64,000 bases of DNA from positions 128,001 through 192,000 of the forward strand of contig CAVPRW010000017.1 in NCBI GenBank assembly GCA_963707985.1, written 5' to 3'. The notes under the pieces were generated by a model. The model did no database searches, had not been told where the DNA came from, and saw only the letters and a program-made list of their open reading frames with translations. Positions 39,086 to 49,498 of the stretch are shown in pieces; position 1 is the first letter of the stretch; the number at the start of each line of letters is the position of its first letter. Both the position numbers and the translations under genes were made by a program. Origin of the DNA: an uncultured Nitrospinota bacterium. Its GTDB lineage: Bacteria; Tectomicrobia; Entotheonellia; J063; CAVPRW01.

Positions 39086-41452
39086 CTAATCTGTCACACC
39101 TCCATCCCGCAGAAGCTTCCACACCTTAGCCGGGGTGATCGGAATGTCGATGTGACGGACCCCTAAATGCCACAGGGCATCCACGACGGCATTGGCGATT
39201 GCTGCCGGCGCCCCCACGGTCGCCGACTCCCCTACCCCCTTGGCACCGAGCGGGTGATGGGGCGAGGGGGTGCAGGTCTTGTCAGTTTCCCATTTGGGGG
39301 TCTCCACGGCTGTGGGTAGCAGATAATCGATGAAACTTCCACCCAGGATGTTGCCGTACTCGTCGTAGGAGATCTCCTCGTACAGCGCCGGGGCCAGCCC
39401 CATCGTCAGCCCCCCATGGATCTGGCCTTCGACGATCATCGGATTGATGATGTTGCCGCAATCGTCAACGGCCACGAAGCGGCGAATCTTCACCTCCCCG
39501 GTTCCCGTATCGATGTCCACCACACAGATGTAGCTGCCAAATGGGTAGGTCAGGTTCGGTGGGTCATAGTAGCTGACCGCCTCCAGACCCGCTTCAAGGC
39601 CCGGCGGGTGGTTGGTGTAGGCTGCAAAGGCGATCTCCTGAATCGTCTTGGCTTTGTCAGGCGTGCCGCGCACGAAGAATTTACCCGGCTCCCATTCCAG
39701 ATCCGCTTCGTTGGCCTCCAGGAGGTAGGCCGCGATCTTCTTGGCCTTATCCCGAATCTTCCGCGACGCTACCGATCCGGCAGCGCCCGCGGTGGGGGTG
39801 GAGCGGCTGGCATAGGTGCCCAGACCATAGGGAGCGGTGTCCGTGTCGCCCTCTTCCACCTGGATATCGGCGACTGGGATGCCTAATTCTTCAGCGATGA
39901 TCTGGGCATAGGTCGTCTCATGGCCCTGTCCCTGGGACTTGGTGCCGAAGCGAGCCATCACCTTGCCGGTCGGATGGATGCGTATCTCCGCGGAGTCGAA
40001 CATCTTCAGACCCAAAATGTCAAAATGCTTCGACGGACCAGCCCCGACGATTTCGGTGAAGCTGGAGATGCCGATCCCCATCAACTCACCGCGCTGGCGT
40101 TTCTCCACCTGTTCCTGTCGGAGCTCGGCATAGCCGATCTTGTCCATGGCCAAATGCAGGGCAGCCGCGTAGTTCCCGCTGTCATACTCCCAGCCCAAGA
40201 CAGACGTGTATGGGAACTGCTCAGCCTTGATAAAATTCTTCAGCCTGAGCTCGGCCGGATCGATCCCCAGCTGATGGGCCATGAGGTCCACCATACGCTC
40301 GATGGTGTGGACGGCCTCGGTCACACGAAAGGAACAGCGATAGGCAATGCCCCCCGGTGGCTTATTCGTATAGACGCCATCCACCTCGACATGAGCCGCC
40401 TTGAAGTCATAGGAGCCGGTGCAGATGTGAAACAGCCCAGCCGGAAACTTCGAGGGATTGGCCGCCGCATCGGTGTAGCCGTGGTCCGCAATGGTTTTGA
40501 TCCGGAGGGCGGTGAGCGTCCCATCCTTCGTCGCCGCCAGCTCTGCCGCGATATGGTAGTCACGGGCGAAGGAGTCCGCCTGCAGGTTTTCCATGCGGTC
40601 CTCGATCCACTTGACCGGCTTGCCCGTCAGCACCGAGGCGGCCACGGCGATGACATAGCCAGGGTAGACAGGCACCTTGCCCCCGAAGCCACCGCCGATG
40701 TCGGGAGAGATGATACGGATCTTGTGCTCCGCCAGGCCCACATGCCCGGCCACCAGGGCGAACACCGTACGGACCACATGGGGCGCCTGGGTGGTCATCC
40801 ACAGCGTTAGCTTGCCGTCCACCTTGTCGAAGTCGGCCACACAACCACAGGTCTCGATCGAGGACACGTGGATGCGTGGGATGTAAATGTCTTGCTGAAC
40901 CGTCACCTCGGCCTCTTGGAAAGCGCGATCCGTGGCAGCCCGATCGCCCCACTGCCAGTGCCAGATGTGGTTGTCCGTTTTGCCCGGTTTATCGGTGCGC
41001 AACACCGGAGCGCCGGGATCCAACGCCTTCATCGCATCCACCACGACGGGGAGCGGCTCGTAATCGACCTCCACCGCTTCGGCGCCGTCGGCAGCGATGT
41101 AGCGGTCAGTGGCGAGGACCGCGGCCACCTCCTGGGCCTGATACATCACTTTCTCGACTGGGAGCACCATCTGGGTGTCCGACATCAGCGTCGGCATCCA
41201 GTGCAGGTTGTACTGTGCCAAATCTTGGCCGGTAATGACGGCGAGGACGCCGGGAATCGCCAGGGCCTTGGAGGTATCGATCTTCTTGATCCTGGCGTGG
41301 GCGAATGGGCTACGAACGATGTCGAGATAGAGCATTCCTGGAAGCTGCAGATCATCGACGTAGGTGCCTTTGCCGCGGATAAAGCGGGGGTCTTCCTTGC
41401 GTCTGACCGAGTGACCCATCCCGCCGACTTCTGGGCTTGTTCGGGGCATCAC
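39086..41452 (-). CDS. coxL: Aerobic CO dehydrogenase large subunit, form I
   Basis: Form I active-site motif AYRCSFR; QGQGHET; GLGTYASRS. Confidence 0.95.
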   Translation of the reverse strand: MMPRTSPEVGGMGHSVRRKEDPRFIRGKGTYVDDLQLPGMLYLDIVRSPFAHARIKKIDTSKALAIPGVLAVITGQDLAQYNLHWMPTLMSDTQMVLPVEKVMYQAQEVAAVLATDRYIAADGAEAVEVDYEPLPVVVDAMKALDPGAPVLRTDKPGKTDNHIWHWQWGDRAATDRAFQEAEVTVQQDIYIPRIHVSSIETCGCVADFDKVDGKLTLWMTTQAPHVVRTVFALVAGHVGLAEHKIRIISPDIGGGFGGKVPVYPGYVIAVAASVLTGKPVKWIEDRMENLQADSFARDYHIAAELAATKDGTLTALRIKTIADHGYTDAAANPSKFPAGLFHICTGSYDFKAAHVEVDGVYTNKPPGGIAYRCSFRVTEAVHTIERMVDLMAHQLGIDPAELRLKNFIKAEQFPYTSVLGWEYDSGNYAAALHLAMDKIGYAELRQEQVEKRQRGELMGIGISSFTEIVGAGPSKHFDILGLKMFDSAEIRIHPTGKVMARFGTKSQGQGHETTYAQIIAEELGIPVADIQVEEGDTDTAPYGLGTYASRSTPTAGAAGSVASRKIRDKAKKIAAYLLEANEADLEWEPGKFFVRGTPDKAKTIQEIAFAAYTNHPPGLEAGLEAVSYYDPPNLTYPFGSYICVVDIDTGTGEVKIRRFVAVDDCGNIINPMIVEGQIHGGLTMGLAPALYEEISYDEYGNILGGSFIDYLLPTAVETPKWETDKTCTPSPHHPLGAKGVGESATVGAPAAIANAVVDALWHLGVRHIDIPITPAKVWKLLRDGGVTD

Positions 41453-41455
41453 CGT

Positions 41456-41938
41456 TCATTCCCCCTGCCGCAACTTCGCGGCGGCATATTGAATCGATTT
41501 GACGATGTTCATATACCCCGTGCAGCGACACAGATTGCCCGAAATCGCCACGCGGATCTCGTCCTCGCTAGGATGCGGATGATCTTTCAAAAAGGCCGTC
41601 GCGGTCATCATCATGCCGGGCGTGCAGAACCCACATTGCAGACCATGCTCCTGCCAGAACCCTTCCTGAATGGGATGGAGCGTGCCGTTCTGCTCCAGCC
41701 CTTCGACGGTGGTGATCTCCCGGCCATCGGCCTGGATGGCAAAGAGGCTACAGGACTTGATGGCTTTGCCGTCGAGGTGGACGGTGCAGGCTCCGCAGTG
41801 GCTGGTCTCGCATCCAATGTGGGTGCCGGTCAGGCGCAGGACTTCGCGCAAGCAGTGGACCAGGAGTAGCCTGGGCTCGACCACCAGCTCATGTTCCACG
41901 CCATTCACCTTGAGAGAAATCTTCTGACTCTCCATCAC
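41456..41938 (-). CDS. coxS: CO dehydrogenase small (2Fe-2S) subunit
   Basis: [27 protein letters not shown]. Confidence 0.95.
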   Translation of the reverse strand: MMESQKISLKVNGVEHELVVEPRLLLVHCLREVLRLTGTHIGCETSHCGACTVHLDGKAIKSCSLFAIQADGREITTVEGLEQNGTLHPIQEGFWQEHGLQCGFCTPGMMMTATAFLKDHPHPSEDEIRVAISGNLCRCTGYMNIVKSIQYAAAKLRQGE

Positions 41939-42813
41939 GATGCCCCTCGTCGAGCCTGCTCAAGTGCACGATTCAGCGCACGGACGGTGAGGACGCGGAC
42001 CAAGTCTCGCTTATACTCCACCGAACCGCGCAAATCCGTGCTCGGATCCGACGCCTCAGCGGCCAGTTGCGCCGCTCGCCTGACGACTTCCGGCTCTGGC
42101 CTTTGGCCACGCAGGAGCTCTTCGGCTTGAAGTGCCTCGATCGGTATCGAGCCCACATTGGTGAGGCCAATCCTCACCTGTTCGCAGACGTCATCTGCGC
42201 CTAGCGTCACCTGTGCCGCGACCCCGGCTGTGGCAAAGTCGCCAACCTTGCGTTCGAGTTTGACATACGCGCCACCGCTGCGTGGAGGTGGGATCGGAAT
42301 GCGAATTTCCGTAAGGATTTCGTCGGGGGCGAGGGCCGTGGCAAAAAACCCCGTAAAGAAGCTCGCGATGGGAATGCGACGTTCACCTGTAGGACCGGTG
42401 GCGACCACCTCTGCCGCGAGCGCCAGCATCGTGGCCGGATGGTCATTGGCCGGATCCGCGTGTGCCAGATTGCCGCCGACCGTGGCCCGGTTGCGTACCA
42501 GGGGATCACCAATGACCGCCGCCGTCTCCGCCAGGAAGGAGTATTTTGCCCGTACCAGGTCCGAGCCTTCGAGCTCAGCCTCACGGGTGAGGGCGCCGAT
42601 CCTGAGGAAACCATCGATCTCCTCGATCTCAGCCAGGCCGGCGATGCGGTTGATGTCGATGAGATGGAGGGGCGCAGCCAAACGCAAGCGCATGAGCGGA
42701 ATCAGGCTCATCCCCCCGGATAAGATCTTGGCCTCCGGCCCGAGCTGCTGTAACAGCCCAATCGCTTCTTCAGCCGTGGCTGGCGCATAATAGTCAAACG
42801 ATGGGGGAATCAT
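41935..42813 (-). CDS. coxM: CO dehydrogenase medium (FAD) subunit
   Basis: [45 protein letters not shown]. Confidence 0.93.
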   Translation of the reverse strand: MIPPSFDYYAPATAEEAIGLLQQLGPEAKILSGGMSLIPLMRLRLAAPLHLIDINRIAGLAEIEEIDGFLRIGALTREAELEGSDLVRAKYSFLAETAAVIGDPLVRNRATVGGNLAHADPANDHPATMLALAAEVVATGPTGERRIPIASFFTGFFATALAPDEILTEIRIPIPPPRSGGAYVKLERKVGDFATAGVAAQVTLGADDVCEQVRIGLTNVGSIPIEALQAEELLRGQRPEPEVVRRAAQLAAEASDPSTDLRGSVEYKRDLVRVLTVRALNRALEQARRGAS

Positions 42814-43041
42814 ATATGACCTCCCTCCTCGATGACCCCGCATCAGTCCCTGCAGCGGCAGCGGATACCGAGGCGGTAACGGGCTTCGGTCGAGAACATT
42901 GGCACGAAGCGCGCCACCAGAACGACTAGCGAAAGGGAACGGAGTGCGTGATGGGTGGCGTCATCAGCGTCCTCCAGAGGCGTGACGCCAGCTGAAGACG
43001 CCTCCATATGCCCAGCAAGTCAGCAAGGTAGGTAAGGGCTG

Positions 43042-43071
43042 ATTATATGAGGGGGAGGACAGGGATGTCAA
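43042..43071 (-). promoter_or_regulatory. Sigma70-like promoter for coxMSL
   Basis: Perfect hexamers TTGACA-N18-TATAAT on the minus strand. Confidence 0.65.
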
Positions 43072-43261
43072 GCCTGCCGATGTCCTGGTCGGGTGGTCTA
43101 GATCGATCGATAAGAATTCATGGATCCCGCGGAGATCAGCCATGCTGATACCATTCTCGACAACAACGTACACGCAATTGTTATCATACCCTTCTCGGAT
43201 GGCAAAGTCATAACTACCATTGCCAGTGCGCATTGCGATGGAGGAGCAGAGACTACCGCGA

Positions 43262-43449
43262 TCGGGCCGGTTGGTGACCAAGGCCGTACGATCCCTGCTG
43301 AGGCCGGCAACGCTATGGATGCATGTGGTCTCAATGGCCTCGGCGAGGGTCATCGCCGGCAGGATGGTGGTGAGTCGCCGGGCCAGCATCGACTTGCCCC
43401 GCTCCAGGGGGGCCGAGCAAGAGGATGTTGTGGGCAGAACGCCTGCATC
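43262..43449 (-). repeat. Internal yifB/comM (Mg-chelatase-related AAA) gene fragment, copy 1
   Basis: [42 protein letters not shown]; near-identical to copy 3. Confidence 0.85.
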
Positions 43450-43507
43450 TCCTTCTCGGTAATTGCCGTTTCCGGCTCCACACAGTAGTAGGAGCGTATC
43501 ATCGTCC

Positions 43508-44040
43508 ATCACCACCCCTCTCCCTGCGCCAGCGTTGCCTCCGATTTGGGCCACCAGATGGTCATGTCCATGGTACGTTACAGGGCAACCACCGTGGCTA
43601 GGACGGTATTGGCCTGCGCATCACGGCCGGTCTGGTGGTAGGAAGTCTCAACCCCCTCGAGCGGCAGGGGTTCGCGCCCCATGCCTATTTGGCTGAGGAG
43701 CCAGAGGGATCGGGTCCCACTCCCGGGTTCTTTGTGGACACGGGAGAGTTTGAGGGTACAACTGGTGAGGGCATGGGCACCCCCGAAACGGCCGGATGGG
43801 AGATAGACCTCCCTCACCAGTCACGCGCCCTCACGGAGGCGATCAACAGAACGGAGAGCCGATAGAGCAACTTGCCGTCGGAGGAGGCGACGGCCTGCTT
43901 GGGCACCGCTGTTGCTCGGCAGTAATTTCCACGAGGGATGAAGACCGTACCCAAGAGGCCGTTGGCTCTGGCTTCCTGGGAAACATCCCCACTGATCGCA
44001 GTCAGTGCAAGATAGGAGAGGGAGACTACGGTCACCCTTA
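43508..44040 (-). pseudogene. Degraded 3' remnant of an AAA/TPR (adenylate-cyclase-associated) gene
   Basis: Fragments ALTAISGDV..EARAN.LLG..FIPRGNY.RA, AHAL....L.LSRVHKEPG....LWLLSQI and L*RTMDMTIWWPKSEATLAQ resemble the C-terminal TPRs of this family; contains stops and frameshifts. Confidence 0.6.
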
Positions 44041-44059
44041 GCAGTCATGGCGGAGCCTG

Positions 44060-44565
44060 TAATGTCCCACCAAGTTTGGACGCGTTCCGCATCTCCAGAC
44101 GGCATGTAGGGGCTGAGAGCGAGTGACCCCGCGCGCGGAAGGTCGAAAGATTGGGGCCATAGATACCGAGCAAACGTTGCGCATGACCTGAAGGTATGAA
44201 TCGCCTCATGCGGTGTTCTCGCTTGCAGGTCGGTTAACAGGAGTTCTCGGTCCGATGGTTGCGATAGAGGGGTTGCCGATGCTCGGTACTCGGCTGCATC
44301 TCCCGCTTCACCGCGCCATAGCTTTGTAATTTATCGGTCACGATCACCCGTGGGGCATCCGTTAACCTGTTGAGCAGCATTCAGAAAAATGTCTTGGCCG
44401 CCTTTTGGCACGCTGAGGTTGTACGAGAATGTCGTGGACATTCCCATCCTGATTCACCGCACGCCAGAGATAATGGCACTCACCCTGAATGGTAAAAAAC
44501 ATCTCATCCCGATGCCACTTGTCGCCATGTCTGGAGCGTCGATGCCGCAACTGGTTCGCATACAT
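44060..44565 (-). mobile_element. IS6-family transposase remnant
   Basis: YANQLR.RR...GDKWH.DE.F..IQG..HYLWRAV.QDG.V.DILVQ, then PRVIVTDKL.SY and HRQ...N.R.ENS; frameshifts and a stop. Confidence 0.85.
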
Positions 44566-44609
44566 TCACTTGTCAGACACCCTTCAGAGTACTACCAATG
44601 CGCTACATA

Positions 44610-47600
44610 TCAAGAGTTCACTAACCAAATCAGTATTTGGATTGCTGCCGCACCACCGGACGGCAAGAGTGCGGCAGCAAGGACGGGGTTTTCCCAGAAG
44701 GGTACAAATGCCCCGCGCCGGAGGTTACGGATTTCTTCGAGTAACTTTTCGGCCTGATTGGCATTGTTCTCAGCTGGGCTCTCCGCTGTAGCGGCCTGAA
44801 GTCGTGTCACCTTGGCTTCCAGCGTTGCTTCAGCTTCATGCTTGGCCTTGCGTGCTGCGGTTTGGAGGATGACGACGCTGGCGGCGGCTAGCGTGAGATT
44901 AACGACGAAGATAATGACGAGCGACCACGGCCAAGGCCAGCGGTCCCACCAGTCGTTGCGTGCCAGGAGTAGCAGGAAGAACACGATAAATGGATAATAG
45001 ACCAGCCGACCCACATGTTCGGTGAGGTCGGCAATGAACTGAAGGTCAATCCATTCGTCGAGGTAGAGCCTATCCACGAGGCCACGTAGGCGGGAAAAAT
45101 GGTTGGTCGTGGCCAGCGGGTATTCCGCGGGCACCGCGCTCAGGTGCTGGATAAACCACCGACAAAGGCGCACGGCATCGATGATCATGAAGGTAAGAAA
45201 AAGGAAACTCGTGACGGCTGCGACAAGAATAATGGTCTCCGCTCCCCTTGCCCATGGGCCCCGGAGCGGATTTATCAATTCTGATGGGTCCAACAACCAG
45301 ATTCCCATACAGAACAGAAAGTAGAATATGAGCAGACAGACGATTCTCGGGACACGGCTCCTAAAGAGGCTATGTTGTTGGTACTCTCTCCACAGGTTGG
45401 AGGCATCGACGACGGCCCCAGGTTCGGGCGGAGCAGGCAGCCCGAAGATTCTGTTCAACCAGCGCCAAATCGTTGCCGGTCGCTGTTGAAGGCATTGCCT
45501 CCGTTCAACGATCTCAGCTGGCAGACTTTTAGGCTCCAGGCCATCGGTTGCGTGGACGTGGGAATCGCTGGCCAGCGGGAGTCGGAAGCGTCGCGTCAGG
45601 AGGAACATCATGGCTTGCAGGCTTTGATACGACTGGAAACTGAGGCTAATCGCGAGGGCAAACGCGGCGAACCGGAGTATTTCCGCAGGCCATGCACTCG
45701 TACCTGTGGTCAGGCTAAACGGCTCGCCAGGGGTGTTGGGTTCGCTGCCGTGCCAAATCACGACACTGAGTCCGATGGCCAATAGAACAATGACAAATGC
45801 CAGCATTCTGGTTTGCCAGACCGAGCGGCGCCGCAGACGGTAGAGTTCGAGGCCGGCCTCACGGGCCGCTTGGGCTTTCTCTTGGACGTCTTGCAGCGTG
45901 TCTTGCTCCGCCGACACACCCGACTTGTGAGGCTGCTCGACCAATTTTCGTAGCAATGCGTCCAGGATGGTTCGGCCGAGGCGCAAGTGTTGCGGAGACT
46001 CCTCGCGTTCAGGGTCGCGGACACCCTGCGCGGGCCACCAGGATTGCCACTTGTCCTTATATTCTTTGGGGAGCAGACTGGTTTGGTCGATCGTCTCTCC
46101 AGGACGGCAAATTTTCCGGTGGAGCAATCGATTCAGGAAATCGAGGAATCCTCGGAGCAACGCCTCTTTGCAGCGGTCGATCTCTTGGAGAGCTTTGGCT
46201 TTAGCCTCCTCGTTGTCCAACGATTGCCTCGCTTCTTCTATTTGGTTTAGGGAGACCGGGTAGTTGCGTGTAGATGACCCGTCCACACTCCTCTTCTCCT
46301 GCTGTCTGGCGTCAGCGGGCGGCCACCGGTAGGGCACACCCTCTCTTGTTCTTTCGAATTCCTCCACCAGCCACTGGGCCAAACGGTCGTGCTCCGCTTG
46401 GGCCGACTGCTTGAGGCGCGACACGAGCGTCAAGGCCCCCTCGACGCCGCCGACGTCCTCCTCTCGATAACGTAGAGGCTCGGCTTGAAACCGGGATGCT
46501 CCCCACGTCAACCGTTGCAGCGGTCCGCAAAAGCGTGTCAACAACAGCACTGCCATGAGGCACACGAGGACGATGCCTCCCCATATTTTGAGCGTAACGA
46601 TCCTGCTCAACGATGGGTGTAGCGGGGGGTCAGGTTGGGGGCTACCTGCTACACTCAAGTCAACGGCGCCACGTTTTCCGATTTCGAAACGGCGTGGTGG
46701 AATGTCCGTTAGCTGGGGCAACTGCGGATTCTGCAGCGCCGCAAGTGCGGCCGTATACTGCGCCGTCTGCCAGCTGTCGCGGAACAACGGCACACTTTTT
46801 TGCAGGGTGGGATGCAGGCTCAGCCCGTAGCTGCTCGTCACAATCAAATTACGGGCCCAGGAGCGTTCGCGTGGGTGCCAGAAGCGTGCATCGAGGCCCG
46901 TCGTGAAGAATAAGACGTTGGGGAATCGCTGTCGCAGGGCCTGGAGAATCAGCAACGTGTCATACACGTCGCTGCCCACAATGCCGATCGCCTTGATGCG
47001 CTCGCCGTGTTCGCTGCGTTTCTCCAAGGTCGCCAATTGCTCGCCCAGACGGCTCAGGTAGTCGAACTGTGCCGGGCCCTCTGCCTTGTTGGCATCAGGG
47101 GTCCACTTGCGGAGATCTTCTAGCGAGGTCGGACCGGTCCGCGTGGCTTCTTCACTGCCTGAGCGACGCGCCGATTGTAATCCATTTTCCCTCGTCTGGC
47201 CGTCTAAGCCACGCAGATAGACGAACGAGTGCAGATTCAGCGGTTCCTTACACTTATCGTCCCGATATATTTTAACCCAATCAGCTCGTTTTTCGGCGTC
47301 GGTCAGCCTCGGATCCCGATTCTGTTTATCGCAATTGGCTCGTTTTTCGGCGTCCTGGCGCATGGCCAATTCCACGGCGTAAGTCAGCGAAAGCATGCGC
47401 CCGTAAAAAGTGTCCCATTCGGAGAGCAGCACCAGGAGGTTAACAGGCTTACCTTGCCCGTTGACCTCTGTGAAGTCGACACCACGCAAAAGCAGTTCTT
47501 CCAGCATTTCCTTAGCAAGTTTGTCATCGGTCGCGACGAAGTTTTTGAAGGACTTGAAGCCAATTCTCTCTAATGCCTGGCGGACACTTTTTCGTATGGG

Positions 47601-48722
47601 ATCATTGGTACCACTTTGAGTTGATGTCCTATCCATGGCCGTGGCTGTTTCGGTACTATTCTGAACCAATGTCTCATCCATGGCTGTAGCCGTTGCGGAG
47701 TACACCTCGATATGCCTGAGTATTCCGACGATTTTCCGCCATAATGGATCGGGGAGCTCTTCCTTCAGAAGAAGCGTCTCAGTCCCCCAAACCGGTAGCA
47801 TGGCGCGGAGTGTAGAAGAGAGCCCAGGCCCAATCAGCGCCATGCGTGGAGCGCCTTCTGTCTCTGGTACGACCTCCGTGATCGGCCCTAGCAACAATGG
47901 TAAGCGCAATAGCGGCTCATCCTCAAAATCGCGCTCATTCAGCCACAGCACGAGGACGTATGGACAGTGTAGATCGCCAGTTCTAGGAAGGTTGTTGGTA
48001 CTGCGGGGATAGAAATCTCTTAGACGATACCACTCGTAACGAAGGTCCAGCCAATACCACTCATGGCCGAGGTTCGGCAGTGTTGAGGTTTTGTTGCTCG
48101 AGGACTTTGTGAGCAGGTCTGCCAAACTTAGGGACGGATCAGCCGTGGCCTTATCCTTTAATGACTTGATTCCTTTCGTGGAGCGCGTAAAATTGAGCTT
48201 CAGCGAGGGTGATCTGGTGGCCTTATCCTTTAATAACTTGATTCCTTTCGAGGTGGGCCACTGAAGCGCTACCGATCCAAGGTGCTCGGGATCCTCTGAC
48301 ACGTAACCTGACTGGCTCAGCGCCGACACAATCGCAAAACGGGTTCGAATACGGCTCTCTTGATCTTCACTGTAGGGGCCGCCGGATATCATCACAGGTA
48401 GTATCAGCCCCGTACTACACTTGTTGATGAGGACACGTGCCCTCACGTGCTCGACTAGCATGTTGAGAGTAGTGAGCTTAGGCACGGATTGATCGTTGTC
48501 CTTGTTGTGCCGCTCCAGTGTTTTAAAGGGGTCTTCCCACAACCGGGTCTCCACATTCTGTTCGCCAGGGGAAGCGCGTCCCATACCTACCGATGCTGCT
48601 GGCCGCGTGCTGGTAAGCTTTTGCGAAACGAGCCACACACTGCTGGCCAGCATCAACAATACCAGCAGGGTCTGCAGGTTCAACGGAAATGATCCCTTGC
48701 CTTCTGAATTCCGCTCAGCCAT
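44610..48722 (-). CDS. Large hypothetical membrane protein (1370 aa): N-terminal anchor, large soluble domain, about 8 C-terminal hydrophobic segments
   Basis: Long uninterrupted ORF with AAGGA RBS; hydrophobic segments read by eye. Confidence 0.85.
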   Translation of the reverse strand: MAERNSEGKGSFPLNLQTLLVLLMLASSVWLVSQKLTSTRPAASVGMGRASPGEQNVETRLWEDPFKTLERHNKDNDQSVPKLTTLNMLVEHVRARVLINKCSTGLILPVMISGGPYSEDQESRIRTRFAIVSALSQSGYVSEDPEHLGSVALQWPTSKGIKLLKDKATRSPSLKLNFTRSTKGIKSLKDKATADPSLSLADLLTKSSSNKTSTLPNLGHEWYWLDLRYEWYRLRDFYPRSTNNLPRTGDLHCPYVLVLWLNERDFEDEPLLRLPLLLGPITEVVPETEGAPRMALIGPGLSSTLRAMLPVWGTETLLLKEELPDPLWRKIVGILRHIEVYSATATAMDETLVQNSTETATAMDRTSTQSGTNDPIRKSVRQALERIGFKSFKNFVATDDKLAKEMLEELLLRGVDFTEVNGQGKPVNLLVLLSEWDTFYGRMLSLTYAVELAMRQDAEKRANCDKQNRDPRLTDAEKRADWVKIYRDDKCKEPLNLHSFVYLRGLDGQTRENGLQSARRSGSEEATRTGPTSLEDLRKWTPDANKAEGPAQFDYLSRLGEQLATLEKRSEHGERIKAIGIVGSDVYDTLLILQALRQRFPNVLFFTTGLDARFWHPRERSWARNLIVTSSYGLSLHPTLQKSVPLFRDSWQTAQYTAALAALQNPQLPQLTDIPPRRFEIGKRGAVDLSVAGSPQPDPPLHPSLSRIVTLKIWGGIVLVCLMAVLLLTRFCGPLQRLTWGASRFQAEPLRYREEDVGGVEGALTLVSRLKQSAQAEHDRLAQWLVEEFERTREGVPYRWPPADARQQEKRSVDGSSTRNYPVSLNQIEEARQSLDNEEAKAKALQEIDRCKEALLRGFLDFLNRLLHRKICRPGETIDQTSLLPKEYKDKWQSWWPAQGVRDPEREESPQHLRLGRTILDALLRKLVEQPHKSGVSAEQDTLQDVQEKAQAAREAGLELYRLRRRSVWQTRMLAFVIVLLAIGLSVVIWHGSEPNTPGEPFSLTTGTSAWPAEILRFAAFALAISLSFQSYQSLQAMMFLLTRRFRLPLASDSHVHATDGLEPKSLPAEIVERRQCLQQRPATIWRWLNRIFGLPAPPEPGAVVDASNLWREYQQHSLFRSRVPRIVCLLIFYFLFCMGIWLLDPSELINPLRGPWARGAETIILVAAVTSFLFLTFMIIDAVRLCRWFIQHLSAVPAEYPLATTNHFSRLRGLVDRLYLDEWIDLQFIADLTEHVGRLVYYPFIVFFLLLLARNDWWDRWPWPWSLVIIFVVNLTLAAASVVILQTAARKAKHEAEATLEAKVTRLQAATAESPAENNANQAEKLLEEIRNLRRGAFVPFWENPVLAAALLPSGGAAAIQILIWLVNS
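48145..48250. repeat. 34-bp direct repeat (1 mismatch) with a 72-bp period inside the large ORF
   Basis: GTGGCCTTATCCTTTAAT[G/A]ACTTGATTCCTTTCG at 48145 and 48217; protein KGIKLLKDKAT / KGIKSLKDKAT. Confidence 0.85.
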
Positions 48723-48826
48723 ATCTGTCCTTTTGGCGTTATCAACTTAACTCGTGAGCGATAAGCTAGGTGTTTAGCCTGGGGCTGTGATGGCATGGAT
48801 TGATGGTAAAGCGTTCCGGCTCTCTG

Positions 48827-49069
48827 TCAGCACGAACAAATGCACTCATTAGGTGTGAGTACTTCGAGCGCTTTAAGGAGCTTGGCGATATCGTATGTCA
48901 TCAACAAGGCATAGAGGTGCTCTCTTAGGTGCTTAGGTGCTGATGTGTCTGTAATAGAATTTTTGTAGTGCGCTCTATATAATGCTTCTTCTAGTAACCC
49001 CACACAAGGTTCTATATTTTCAACGAATTGCACAGTGGCATCTGCCCGCGAGCATTGCTTGCATATCAC
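48827..49069 (-). CDS. Small hypothetical protein upstream of the large membrane protein
   Basis: GTG start behind AGGGG; ICKQC...EEALYRAHY...NECICSC; co-oriented with the large ORF. Confidence 0.4.
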   Translation of the reverse strand: MICKQCSRADATVQFVENIEPCVGLLEEALYRAHYKNSITDTSAPKHLREHLYALLMTYDIAKLLKALEVLTPNECICSC

Positions 49070-49482
49070 TACCCCTGAGTGTGGCTCGTCGCCATGGTTC
49101 GCGTGCGTACGCGGATATGATATTTCCGCACCTGAGGGAGGATGGCCGCCAGAAGCAATTGATTGCCTCTGTGCCGGGCGGCATGCCAGCGGTGGAACGC
49201 CTGCAGGGCATGGTAAAGACTGGCTTCGTCCCTGTCCGCATGCCTCTGACAACAGGACAGGCGGCCCAAACGACGCACTACGACCGGGGCACCGCCCTGC
49301 ACCATTTCCTGACATAGCGGGCAGCGCATGAGAAAGAGCTTGGTCCATCGGTGTGTGCGCATGGCTCTTCCCTCCACGAGCGAGTGTCCGGTAGGCTCTG
49401 CTAGGCACGCTTGAGGGGTCCCAGCCTGGCCCGGTAAGCGTCGTTCAGGGCGCGGGCTTAGGCAGGCCGTGACCTTCGCCCA

Positions 49483-49498
49483 AGCAAGAGCCATGCCA
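49483..49498 (-). promoter_or_regulatory. Sigma54 (-24/-12) promoter candidate
   Basis: TGGCATGGCTCTTGCT (GG-N10-GC) facing the small ORF and the large membrane protein gene; AT-rich tract just upstream. Confidence 0.6.

Noticed and set aside
42901..42916. Sigma54 site upstream of coxM (TGGCGCGCTTCGTGC on the minus strand)
   Set aside because: Weak -12 element, the sequence fits GG-N10-GC on both strands in GC-rich DNA, and a perfect sigma70 promoter lies just upstream.
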